DNA from: Octopus sinensis | Lineage: Eukaryota | Assembly: GCF_006345805.1 (NCBI RefSeq) | Contig: NC_042997.1 | Location: 69,688,001 to 69,752,000, forward strand | Direction: 5' to 3' | Length of the DNA: 64,000 nt | Part shown: piece after piece, positions 40,822 to 54,608 of the stretch | Layout: each line of letters begins with the position of its first letter | Numbering within the stretch: the first letter of the stretch is position 1 | Program-made: the position numbers and the translations under genes | The notes under the pieces: generated by a model | Seen by the model: only the letters and a program-made list of their open reading frames with translations | Told to the model about the DNA's origin: nothing | The model's database searches: none

Positions 40822-42049
40822 GTACACACACATTATAAATAGCAAAAATTATAAATAACACGATGACGAATTAAAACAAACAAAATGTATTAGGTTTACA
40901 ATCGAATGAAGTAGAAAGAAAATTATTTTCGAATTTATGCTCACACACACGCACACACGCACACACACACACACCACACACACACACATAAATATATATG
41001 CGTCGTTAGTCCGCTATTGTTTATGTATATTTTTCTCTCGGTCCCCATGTTACTTTCTATTTTTGATAAATATTTATAACTCGAAACATTAGACCATTTC
41101 TTGTTTCTTGTATTGTGCATTTTTGTCTTTATCTACACTATCTGAGATAGTTGGTCTTTCGTTACATATTTCTACACTTTTCCAACCACGTGCTTTGCTC
41201 GAGTCGGAAAGACTCAATCCACGTCGAAAAATGGATAAGTCTTACATCCATGTTGGCAATCTGTTAGTTCTATAAAACAATGCATTTCACAACCTTAAGC
41301 TCGATCTATCTTGCTGCAAATACTTATTACAGTTGGCAGGTACAAGATTGCAACTGAAAGAAGGAGATCACTGAAAATTAATGTGTCCCATTTTGAAGTA
41401 TTTAGCTTTTAGAGTCTTGAGTCTTCTTGGATTAAGAAAATGTTGTGTATACGTTGCAACAAAATTTGAATTAAATCATAAACTTCTTTGATTGTAGTTT
41501 AACCCTGAGTGGGTTGTAATCAAGCAGGTTTGTAGTCAAAGATGTTCTACACTTGATCTACACATCGTTCTGAATATTCAAATCTATGTTATTCAATGTT
41601 TCCTTCTATCTTTTTATAAAAACGGCAGTGCCTGATCAGAGGTAGACTTGACAGTTCTTCCTAGCAGGTCAAATAACCATGTACAGGCACTCCTCTAGAT
41701 CAATGACACCTTGTATGAAGCGGTAGATAACTACAAAATTCATATGATTGTCAGATTCCTTCTTGTTAGGCTGACCTCTACAATCCACTCTAACATTTTC
41801 CGGCATTGCTAAATCTCTTGCGTCTGCCTATCTGTTTGCATAGATAAATGGATAGATGGATGGGTGGATAGATAGATGAATGGATGGATGGATGGATGGC
41901 CAAATGCCTGGCTAGTTTGAAATCGGCTTTCGGGATTTGAAGAATTGTTGGTTTGTTGTTTGCACAGATGGTAAACTCTTCTTCTGTCAAGTACATACAT
42001 GTTGGTGGTAGACAATTTTGACAGTTGATCTAAGCAGATCGTACCGCCA

Positions 42050-42790
42050 CCCCCTTTCCCCCACCATGACCACTAGCTGTAGCTGCTTCACCAGACCCAC
42101 TACCACTTGCACTCTCACCGCCGTCATTTACACTATGACAACCACCGTTACTGCTGCTTCCACTTCGACGAAGTAACATCACCACTACAGCCAACACCAC
42201 ATTCCTTACTATTTCTAGAAAAATCTATTAGCACAATTTGTTCAGTTTCAACCTCTACTGCTTCGCGTTTTACCACCACCACCACCACTTCTCCCATCAC
42301 TACCACAACATTGTCATCCCCACTACCATCACCATCACAACCAATACCAGCATCACCAGTATCACCAATACTGCCATTAACATGACTATAATAAACATCA
42401 CAATCACGATGACCAGCAACAAAAAAACACAGCACCACCATCCAAACCATCATCACCACTACACTATTACCACCACCACCATCACCACTATTGCTTCCTT
42501 CCCCTCCAGCAACACCATCATCACCATCTCCACCATCTCCACCACCGTCACCATAACACCATCACCAACAACAAAACCAGCGGCACCACCACCAATACCA
42601 CCATTCTCAACTATCCTAACACCACCGATACAAAATACTGCGTCCACTGCCTGTCATTATTAACTATCGACATCACCCCACTACAACTCCTTTATCATCA
42701 TCATCATCCTCATCATCATCAGCCAACAGTGTTCTTCCCCCACACCTACTTACTTACTTGTTCACCTCACTAAATCCCCGCACCCCTAGT
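42050..42790. repeat. Cryptic (ACC/ATC)-rich low-complexity region
   Basis: Degenerate CACCACCATCAC-type simplicity. A similar patch lies at about 46100-46400. Confidence 0.85.
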
Positions 42791-43234
42791 TCACACTTCC
42801 ATCCCAACACCCACGATAAGTAATTGGACTTAGCTTGTCAAGAAACGACTCCAAGCTATATTTCAAGCACAGACATAGAAAACTAAAGTAAAAGTATACT
42901 ATACATGGAATTGCAGACGCACACATGTACATATATGTATCCAGTCTCCTGTCAATTCATCCATCCTGTTTTCTAACACACACACACGCACGCAAACACA
43001 TATACACACACAAACACACGCACATCACATATGTGCGTTGTGTACGTGTGCGTGCATGTGTGTCTGTATACTGATATATATATATATATATATTCGTATT
43101 ATATCCATATACCACACAAATATATATACATTCATATACATATTCGTACATATATATGTACATATATATATATATATATATATATAATATAATATATATA
43201 TATATATAATAATATATATATGTAATGTATGCAT

Positions 43235-43278
<44 letters not shown>

Positions 43279-43336
43279 AATATATATATATGTATATATA
43301 TGTAGATATATGTATATGTATATATGTATATATGTG

Positions 43337-43367
<31 letters not shown>

Positions 43368-43380
43368 TTGTATATATGTA

Positions 43381-43450
<70 letters not shown>

Positions 43451-43938
43451 ATATATATATATCATATATAAAGAGGAAATAGGAACAAGAGAATACACGT
43501 TGTTTTAACAATAAAAACAAAAATAACACCACAGCAGAAACAATATCAGCATTAACAACATCAGAATAATATCTAGAAGTTTCGAAGTAACATTGCTCTG
43601 AGCAGTTAGTTCGGGGCGTGGCACATTTTGAAATTTGACCGAACCAAAGTGGAATACCGGAGAAATTTCTTACAAATACTCGAAATGTAATCAGATAGGT
43701 TCAGCTGGCTTCGTTACTGAGGTGGGAGTTTACAGTCTCATACATGAAGCGTCTATATGATGGCAGTAAATATAAGTACACATGTGTGTTTGTGTGTGTG
43801 TGTGTACGTATACGCATGCATATATATATATATTTATATATATATATGCAAGCACGCATATATGTACTTAAATATATGTGATTATATATACGTATGTATC
43901 TGTATATATAACGCGTAACAGACATATTGAAACAGCTT

Positions 43939-43995
<57 letters not shown>

Positions 43996-44157
43996 ATATA
44001 TATATACATATATATATACATATATCTTCATACACACACGCACACACGCACACACCACATATATATAAAATACGTACGGACATATCTATGACTAAACAGA
44101 ATAACAATAGTAATGATGATGATGATGATAACAATAATAATAATAATAATAATAATA

Positions 44158-44189
<32 letters not shown>

Positions 44190-45576
44190 AATATAACCAA
44201 TGTAATAATGGAACTATGACCGGATATATTATATATCATATGACAAAAGCACTCTGCTAAAATACAATATATAATATATACTTTCGCACGTGCATGTGCT
44301 CGCGCACCACGATTACAGGTGTATACATTCGAGAGAGTCTGATTGCTTCCCATGCTGAGGAGCGCGGCAACCGACCGAATTAAATCGTAGGCCATGGTTA
44401 TGCATTTCCATTTCATCTGACGTCAATTAACACATAATCAGCTAACAGTCCTAACATAATTCTTGTGATCTCTTTTACGTTCCTTGCTTGGGTAAAAGAC
44501 AATACAGGAAGATCAGTTAATTATTATATCAGTTAATATTCATCATATTGCCCTCTAAGATTCACACACTTATTGCAGTAGTTCTTCAAAAGAACTCGAA
44601 AGGTGGATCCACCAACCAGACCTTTGGCGAGACCCTTAAAGCCCGGGATTTTTCAGCACATCCTTGTATATGTGTATGGCAATATGCGTATACATATTTA
44701 TAAATATACATGCATGCATATGTGTGTGCGTGCGTGTGTGTGTGTGTGGTGTCTTCTGGTATTGGATTTGTCCCTCGACTTCGTCAAAAGTTGGTTTGCA
44801 ATAAACCCTAGTCAAAATACTCTCTAATGCCCATATTCACTTGTATATATGCATCTATACGTATCTACATACACATAATATTCAAATATATTGTGCTTCA
44901 CAAAAAATTCCTTTCCCAAAGTTGCGTATTGGTAGTTTAAGGAGTGTAGTTGCATTGTCGACGCGTACGGAAGTCCATAATACATATATTTTCTTTATAT
45001 CTATATACGCTGTGCGCGCGCGCGTGTGTGGGCGTAGTTCTTTTACGAGGCACAAACACAGGCGAGGTCAGTTTTGGCAAGGTTTTTACATCTGGATGCC
45101 CTTCCAAACGCCAACAACTTTAAATGTGGACTGGATGCTTTTAAGTGGCGCCTGTACTTATATATGTGTGTACAGAACAAATTAAAAGGGTGGCTCATTA
45201 GCAATTATTACTTAAAGGCAAAATTAATAGAGGTCACAAAAATGGTGGAAGGTACTGACTAGCACCGCTTTTGCTAAAATAAGAGTTAAATTTGGATTTG
45301 ATTTAATTCTTATTTTAGTGTAAGCGGGTCTATGTATGTATGTATGTATGTATGTATGTATGTATGTATATATGTGTGTGTGTATGTATGTATGTATGTA
45401 TGTATGTATGTATATATGTACCCTTTAAGCTCGTTTACGGAAAACGTTTTGAATTTGCATATAAAATCCCCCATTCTATTATGGCGGCTACAGCCTAATG
45501 ATGCCAACTGCCTTAAACAGTATTTTTTGGGGGTGCGGGGCACCGAGGTATGCCTATATAACCTAGGATAGATAAA

Positions 45577-45623
<47 letters not shown>

Positions 45624-45650
45624 GATGATGATGATGATGATGAGGATGAA

Positions 45651-45701
<51 letters not shown>

Positions 45702-47005
45702 AATGATATGGCCGCAGTCTCAAAGCTGAAACATATAAAAGCAAAATAGTAGTAATCCACGCATGCATGCATGTATGTATGTACGTATGCATGTATGTAT
45801 GTATGTATGTATGTATGTATGTATGTATGTATGTATAAAAGCTTAAAGAGAGAAGAGTTAAACTAGAAGCCAGGAGCACAGGACAAGCAGTGATTTGCCC
45901 ACCTCTGCCGCTCCATCAACGGGAGGATTTTACGGTTCAGGTCAAAACACCCGATGATCGTCGGATATCGCCTGAAAACTTCAATTTCTCCTGGCCAAAG
46001 CTCCATTGACTTTGGTGAGTGGAAAAGAAGCACCTTCTTCTAAGTCCTACTAATAACATATTCAGATATATTTGTGCATATGTACATGTATATATCTACC
46101 ATCGTCCGCCTTCATGTCAACACCAACATATCCACGGTGGCTAAAACTGACAATTTTCTTCACCACTACCTCCATAAGAATTATTGGATCACTACAATTG
46201 CTGTCATCATGACCGCCGCCACAACTACCACCAAAAATACGAATACCTCCCCATCGTATTATTTCCCACAATCCCCACAGCCACTGCCACTGCCACTGCC
46301 AAAACCATCATCATCAGCACTACCAATGCCTCTCACTCACCGCCTTCACCGTTACCACCATCAATATCGAACTCACCGCTCTCCCTTCATACCATTATGC
46401 ATATAAACATTCTTAAATTTACTTTTATATATTTAACCATCTTGTCTGTGTGGCCATGTGTATGAGTGGGTACCTCAGTGCGCGCGCGCGCGTGAGTGCG
46501 TGCTTCTGCTTGTGCATGCGTGATTGCTTACTTGCTTGCGTGCATGTGTTATGTGTGTTTATTTTGATTTCCTAATACCTTCCCCTGTTATCTAAAACAC
46601 CAGGGGGCGTTCAGCCTTTGATTGCACCAATAAAGTGTTCAGGTATTATTTGTTAACGATTCTGTAAGAATCGTCGTGAACATGGTGATGGATTATGATG
46701 ATGATGATGATGATCATGATGATGATGATGATGACGACGACGACGACGACGACGGCAACAATGACCAGCTTCATGATGGTTATGATGATGACGATGATGA
46801 CCACCTTGATGATGATGATGATGAAGAAATTTATTCCGACGTATGATTGCTAGAGAATCGAATCAAATTTAAATTTCGAAAGTTAATAAATAGATATTTA
46901 ATAATAGAAGCAAAATTGCAAACAACAAAAGCAACAGCAACATCAACAACAAAATTATGAATATGATAATGATACTATTAGTAATAGTAATGATTATTAT
47001 AATTA

Positions 47006-47046
<41 letters not shown>

Positions 47047-47112
47047 TAGTAGTAGTAACAGCAGCAGCATTATCATCAACATCATCATCATCATCATCAT
47101 CATTAGTCACCG

Positions 47113-47218
47113 TTCATCCTTTCGGGGTCGATGAAATAAGTAGCGGTTGAGTACTGGAGTCGATGTAATTGACTACCCCCTCCTCCAAATTTCAGGCTTT
47201 GTATCTATAATAGAAAAG

Positions 47219-47220
<2 letters not shown>
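47113..47220 (+). mobile_element. SINE family A 3' half (tail type 2) running into an (ATT)n tract
   Basis: TTCATCCTTTCGGGGTCGAT...CCCCCTCCTCCAAATTTCAGGC...TAGAAAAG is followed directly by (ATT)n to about 47285. Confidence 0.85.
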
Positions 47221-47284
<64 letters not shown>

Positions 47285-47983
47285 TGTCGTAGTGGTAGTA
47301 GAAATAGTAGTAGTGAAGTTATCATCATCATCATCATTAACTCAAGGTGGTTACGAAAAAAAACATTATTGTTGTTGTTATTGTTAGTTGTAGTAGTATG
47401 GAATACAAAATCTCTAATAGGAAACTAAAAGCTTCACCAAGCCGCCCCCACCCAACGAATCCTTAAAAAACAAGATCATGCAGTCTAAAATGTAACAAAA
47501 ACAACAACAACGGCACCACCAACAACAGCAGCAGCAACAACAACAACCAAAGCCATTGAGAATGTGAAACAACAAGTACACAATACCAGGAATTGTGGAA
47601 GAGAATAGAAAAGGAGGAACAACTTAACATTGAGGTTGCCTGCTGCAAGGTAAATGTTTCGTTTTAAAGATGACAGCCAAAGATAAAAGTATCAAAGGAA
47701 TGAAAATATATAAATTAAAAGAACGCAGCAAATAAACGGAGAAAAAAGCTTAAAATAAATAAATATTCGCAAAGATCAAATTGAGAAAATAGGAAGGAGC
47801 CTAACGCTCACACACGCAAACATATACACGCAAATATGCACGCGCACATACACGCTGGTTATATGTGTACAGAGACACACATACTCACACACATATACAC
47901 ACACATACGTATATACACATACACATATATATACACATACACACATATATACATATACATATACATATATATTATATCAAATA

Positions 47984-48039
<56 letters not shown>

Positions 48040-48261
48040 CCTGACTTTTATGCACGCACACATACACACACACACATATATTGTTTGGTGATACATACCT
48101 AAAAGAAACAAAATAAGCTCAATAGGCGGAAACGCGGAGCGTATACATTTCTTTATCATATGTATACACACACACGCACGCACACAAACATATTTATATA
48201 TATAAATAGATAGATAGACAGACAGATAAATAGATTGATAGATTGATAGATAGACAGATAA

Positions 48262-48320
<59 letters not shown>

Positions 48321-48331
48321 GATAGATAGAC

Positions 48332-48396
<65 letters not shown>

Positions 48397-49225
48397 CTGA
48401 GGGTTGCTAAAAATACAATAGAAAGTATTTATGAACATCTATCTGGATATATTCTATGGGATTATACAGAACCAGTGGAGAATGTGAATGAGTGTTCTGC
48501 AAGGCAATGGAGGTTGATGGGAAGACATTATTCTTCGTATGGGTTACTTTGAAAACGAATCTAGGATGGTCATGCGAATATAATTTTTGCTCTGCTCCTA
48601 TTTGCAATGACAAATCATCTTCGCATTTGCTTTGTTAATCTTGATTTTACGTAGGACCAATAGAAGTAGTATGGTACTGTACATGACATATTTTCTTTTA
48701 TTTGCGAATATCCTAGGTTTTGTCCATGCACAGGTGTTTCTTGTTAACATAGCTGTCGCTTTGTGGCTCATTAACAAACAATGGACATGCATATTCTCGG
48801 AACTCGAAAACGTGTCCCAGCTCGTTCGTAGTGACAGCTCAAGCAAAGGAGTAGCTCTCGAGAACGCCAACTTTTATCTTTCTTACGCATTTTGGTTTCA
48901 TTCGCCGGTACGTTTATGGTCCGGCCGTATCGTTTTCAGATGTCAGAGCAGCTAATAGAATCAGCAGTGGTTCACGCAGCATGATATGCGTCCGCTGCTG
49001 CTGTGGCTGCGCTCTGTCTCCGCACGGTCGCGTGTCCATCTCGCAGTATTCAGCCGATCCACGCGTTTCCGCCGAAAGTGCTCTTCATCGTATGTCCGAG
49101 AAGGCCTGGACGAATTTGAATGAACCTATTACACACACACACACACACACACACTTGCATATACGTATATATGTATCACTCCCTGCCTCCCTCCCTCCTT
49201 CTCTCTCTCTCTCTCTCTCTCTCTT

Positions 49226-49258
<33 letters not shown>

Positions 49259-49914
49259 ATATATATATATATACATATGTGTGTGTGTATGTGTGCGCGC
49301 GCGAATGTGTCAATGTAAAGGCAAATTGACAGCGGAATTCTAAGTGTATGGTAAGTCACGCGGTACTGGTTTTGTTTCGACACTTTGCGTAGTGAGTTCA
49401 GATCATACCGACATCAGCCTTGTTTTTCATGCTTGAGGAGTCGATAAAAAAGAAAAAAATCAAACATCTTAGCGCGGAGGATAATCGGAACTGTTAGAGT
49501 GGCGGAGATGTCTTGCAGCATCTTTTCTGGTTCTTGGTATTTTTCTGGCAGCAACTGCCTCGACAGTATGTCAAGCTTATCCAACCCTAAAGCTGCAGCC
49601 TTTCTCTTGTAGAATATCGATGGCGTGGAGAGGGGAAACTAGAGTATATAAACAACCATCGCCAGTCTTCCAAAACGAATCTTGCTCAATCCTGCGCACA
49701 CTGATATAGTGAAATCGTCAGCTATGATGGACGGAGCCCTTTCCAAAAACATGATTCCGGCTTCGGACCCACTCTGTGCCAGTGTCTTCTACTACGTCCT
49801 TACGCAAACCAGACTTGTGAACCTCTTACACACACGCACACACACATACACACACATGCTTGCATATACGTATATATGTATCACTCCCACTCTATCTCTC
49901 TCTCTCTATCTACT

Positions 49915-50400
49915 GTCTTCTTCAAGCTTCCGGGCAACATACCCATGCGTGATCATTTTTCTGTATGCTGAGTTCTTTCCATCCAGATCTTCTCTGAGGT
50001 AAGAGAGCTGTTTTGGGTCTGTATAGGAAATCATCAGGAAGAGAGTGTTTCTTGAGGAGTTTACTGCCAACTCGTACAATGTTGGTCACTTAACTTCTCA
50101 GCACTGCATTCATATATATATTAGTTTTGCTACCGTTGTTTAGCAGGCGCTGCCTCATTGATACCATACGGTATTCGAAAGCCGTCTTCACTGATCTCTG
50201 GCCTCTACCACCTTCATTTCTTCTTAGGTAGAGCATGTCAAGGATGTTTCGGGTTTTTATATCTGTGGAGTGGATTTCCTCTACAGACCAATCAATTATC
50301 CCAAATGTTGGGATCAGCACTGGTACTGCAAATGCATTGTGGGATATTGTTTTGTTGTAAGAGGAGAGTTCCGACTACCATATCTTCCTAAGTCTGGTGT
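49915..50400 (-). mobile_element. Decayed non-LTR retrotransposon fragment (R4/Dong-like, region C-terminal to the RT core)
   Basis: Minus strand reads RKIW*SELSSYNKTISHNAFAVPVLIPTFGIIDW...DIKTRNIL..LYLRRNEGGRG and later RKMITHG. These match the W..EL...NK...N..AVP...FG...W, LY..R..GGRG and K..HG motifs of restriction-like-endonuclease LINEs. Stops and deletions are present. Confidence 0.75.
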
Positions 50401-50535
50401 AATATTCTGTCTCTGTCTCTCTGTCAGTATGTATATATGTATGTATGTATATATACCAACATCATCATCATCATCGTCATCAACATCCTCCTCAGCATCA
50501 TCATCATCATCATTATTATTATTGTTATTAGCATT

Positions 50536-50680
50536 GTTCTGAGCTCAAATTTTGCCGAGTTCAAGTTTACTTTTATCCTTTCGGGGTTGATAAAATAAGT
50601 ACCAGTTGCGTACTGAAGTCGATGTAATCGCTAAACTCTCCCCCAAATTCCAGGCCTTGTGCTTATCGTAGAAATTATTA
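50536..50680 (+). mobile_element. SINE family A (tail type 2)
   Basis: Family core plus CCCCAAATTCCAGGCCTTGTGC..GTAGAAATTATTATT. Confidence 0.82.
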
Positions 50681-51464
50681 TTAGTGTCGTTATTGATGTT
50701 GTTGTTAGAGTTATTGCTGCTGTTACTATCAATTGACAGACAAACCCTCATTCATGAGCACCTAAGGTTTTAATTTGTATGTACGTGTATGTGTGTGAGA
50801 GCTTATATATATATATATATATATATGAGTATTTGTTTGTGTAAATGTATTCTGTAATTTCCACCTATGTCAGATCTTAACTCACCGAGTTATGTATAAG
50901 GACCACTTGTTATGATTGGTTAGCAAACTTTAGTTTCAAATTTGTTGAACTTCTGACAAGTATACTAAGGGTGAATTTGAGCTTTAAGGGGAGAGAGAGA
51001 GAGATGAAGAGAAAAAGAGAGCGCAAAACAGAGAGAAAGGGAGAGAGAGAAAGAAACATAATAATTACAGCCCAAATTAGTAAGGGTCAGCGATGTACTG
51101 AAAAATCAAAGAAATACATTCATATTTGTGTGTATGTTTGTGTCTAAGTGCTTGTGTTTGTGTGAGTGTGTGTGTGTGTGGATGCGTACGTGTGCGTATG
51201 TGTTGTGTGCGTGTGTATGGTGTGTGTGGTGCGTGTATGTTTCTGCGTTAGCGCGCGCGCACGTGCATGATTAGAAATCGTTAGGCATTTAAGAATTTCG
51301 TAATTATTGCGCTTTGTTTTGCCAAATGTATTTCACGAAAACTTCGGTAACTAAAATCTAGTCGATCGAAACTGTGTAGAAGCCTGTTAGATACTTAGAT
51401 GTAGTATACCTATCTACCAGTATATAAATAAATAAATAAAAATTAATATATAAATATATATATT

Positions 51465-51513
<49 letters not shown>

Positions 51514-51580
51514 CATATACGTGTGTGTGTATGTGTGTGTTTGCGTTGTGGTATGACAATCTATTAAGCGTACGAGAAAC

Positions 51581-51785
51581 CTTTCTCCTATAGGCTCAAA
51601 GCCTGAAATTTTAAAGGGGAATGGTAGTCGATTACATCGACCCCAGTACTCAACTGGTATTTATTTTCTCGATTCCGAAATGGCTGAAAGGCAAAATCGA
51701 CCTCGGCGAAATTTGAACTCAGAACATAGAGACAGATGGAATGCCGTTAAGCATTTTTGCCTGGCGCGTTAAAAATTCTGCCTCG
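51581..51785 (-). mobile_element. SINE family A (tail type 2), near full length
   Basis: GTCGATTACATCGACCCCAGTACTCAACTGGTA...TCGACCTCGGCGAAATTTGAACTCAGAAC on the + strand is the reverse complement of the family core. Confidence 0.85.
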
Positions 51786-52926
51786 TTAATCAGTACAAGA
51801 ATGAAAGATTATTTATATCCATTAGTAAATTTTAGTATCTTTCTAGTGTATTTGGAATATAACTATCTTAAACTAGCGTCAGATTTTGCTACATGAGTTG
51901 AACTGGATCAGATCATCAATGCTCGATAAGCCACAGCTGAATCATGCAGATTAAGAGAAGCTATATCAAATTATAATCATCTTGAATATCGAGGCAAACT
52001 CTATATGGACGCTCAACCAGTTGAAAATAACAGTAAAATCTTCTTCAAATTATGTTCTACTCTTTTGAAAAGGCATAACTGTAGTGGGTAATGTAGTCCT
52101 AAACACTGCAATGCCTGAGAGGACAGGACAGACGGTGCATACACAATTTTGAGCATAGGTTTGTTCTGTCACACAACTGGTGGAGAGTTGACCAATGAGG
52201 AAGCCTCTTCTATATGAAATGGAACCAACATCTCCCTCAAATCTCACATTACTGTCTTAAAAAACCGATGTATGAAAAAATACAAGAAGGTTAAGGTTGT
52301 ATCATTTTGATCTTAGTTCTACTCACTTTGGATTAATGAGATGGGGATGAGATTACAACAATAACAACAAAAAGCAGAGGGTTCAATCAAATTGTTGGCT
52401 TCTAGTGGGGTAGATGATTCAGCTGAAGACATCGAAATGAACGATATATCCCAAGGCATCTTATTTGGTTTTGCAATCTCTGTGGCACCTTCAGTCTGTC
52501 GGTGAAATTTGAAGACAAGTTACATAAGTATAGAAGAACATCTTATGATATTGTTGTAATTAGAGAGATAAAAATATTGATAAAGATATCTAATATCTGT
52601 TATTCTATACATTGCCACTTTAAGGCACACTAGCACATATATACAACTTAACAACTACCGATATAATTCACACATGTGCGCGCACACACACTTGCACACA
52701 CAAAGAGAAATATTCATATTTACATATACACACACAGAGAAATGCATAGCATGAATCTGATATAGATGTTTTTCGGGCTTATCTTCATAAATGTACCAGA
52801 CTAGCATCGAATGTACAAAGTGCTTTGAATATAAGTATATACAAGCTTGCATCATACCTTATACATGCTAACACAAAGACAAACACAACATATACACCCA
52901 TTTCTCTCTCTCTCTCTCTCTCCCTC

Positions 52927-52989
<63 letters not shown>

Positions 52990-53204
52990 TTATATGCATG
53001 TATTTATATAATATACTAATATACACACATACACACACACATATATATATATATATGTATGTGTATGTATGTATACATAAACACAAACACACATATAAAA
53101 CAAACATGGAGAATGGTATATACTATATGTTTGCAATATATATGAGAATCATGTCTTTATGCGTGTATACTTGAGAGTTTTATCTAGGTGCGTGTGTATA
53201 CATT

Positions 53205-53239
<35 letters not shown>

Positions 53240-53544
53240 CACATATGCACAGATACAAATATATAATTGCGATGAGTGCCACTATTATTCCCTTCAGATT
53301 TGGGCTTTTATTGTTAATCGCATTAAACTCCCACCGTTGCATATTTGAAGTGAGTCCTGTTCAGTCTGATGTGGGCTATGACGTAATATAAGAGCATATC
53401 ATTATATATGTATATGTGTGCATGTACGTATACATATATATATGTATATATATAGATGTGTGTGTATGTGTATATATATATATCATGTGATTGACCAGAT
53501 TATTGGATGTTTTTATATATTGCTTGTTACAATGCGCTTTACAT

Positions 53545-53715
53545 CGTCTTAGCTCTTGAATGATGCCACATTGCTCGCTAGAGTGAGCTGGCCAACAGAA
53601 AACAATTAGACTAGACCAACGAGAAGAAATATAACGCACTGCTCGCTCCGGGAATTGAACACATGATCTAACGATCGTGATTGCAACATCCGAACTAGTA
53701 AGCCACGCGCATTCA
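53545..53715 (-). mobile_element. SINE family C, 5' part
   Basis: CCGGGAATTGAAC..ACGATCGTGATTGCAACATCC..TAAGCCACGCGC on the + strand is the reverse complement of a tRNA-like head. Confidence 0.75.
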
Positions 53716-53719
53716 TCCG

Positions 53720-53759
<40 letters not shown>

Positions 53760-54608
53760 ACACACACACACACACACACACGCACGCACGCACACGCACA
53801 CGCATACACACACACACATTCTTTCTAGACTAGTGTGTATACTAGAATGTAGGCTGGGAAATTCAAAGTGACTCTCGTTATATATTTCGAAAACACATGA
53901 ACGGTAAGATAAATTTCGTTGTGTTGTACCACATAAGCAACGTGTAATTAAATCGTATTTCATTACTGTGAAGGGTTTGGAGAAGATAAAGCATTGCATC
54001 AACTCTCTTGTTCTATTTCCCTTTGAGTGTCTGGTCGGATTTTTGTTCTGATTACCGGTTGTTAGATTCATGGTGTATAGGCATCTAGTTATTTTGTTTA
54101 CATCCATACGCACCCAAATCGCTCTTTCACTCGTGGCTACCAAATTCTTTAGACAATCTATTATTTCTTTCGTGAAAACACGAAATTTTATCCTGAGTGA
54201 AATCTTTCTTGTAATCTATATACTAGCCATCTGTAGGTGTTCGTAATCAGCTAATTTAACCAGAAGGCTAGTCATTGATTGTACATTGTCTACCATATGT
54301 TTCCGTTTTCCTGAAAATCTTAGTACTATGTGAGATTTTCAAAACCGTTATTTTGTGATAGAATGAATAAAAGACAGTACCACAATAAAAGTAAACTCTA
54401 CGATAACCATACGTTAAATCAGCAACAATAACAGCAAAAAAACAAGCAGCAACAAAGAAATAACATGATTCAAAGTGCTTTCATAATTTTTTTCCTTCCT
54501 GTAATGCTTTAGGCTACAGCAAATCGAACAGACGATCCTATGGTCAAAAGGCTACCAGCAGTAACAACTCCTGCTATAGACTACTAGCTGTAGCACTGTA
54601 AATATATA

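Noticed and set aside
42107-42663. Thr/Ile/His/Pro-rich mucin-like ORFs
   Set aside because: They come from cryptic (ACC/ATC) simplicity and are open in several frames on both strands.
53376-54143. 255-aa minus-strand ORF
   Set aside because: It spans a (CA)n tract and a SINE-C head; no coherent coding signal.
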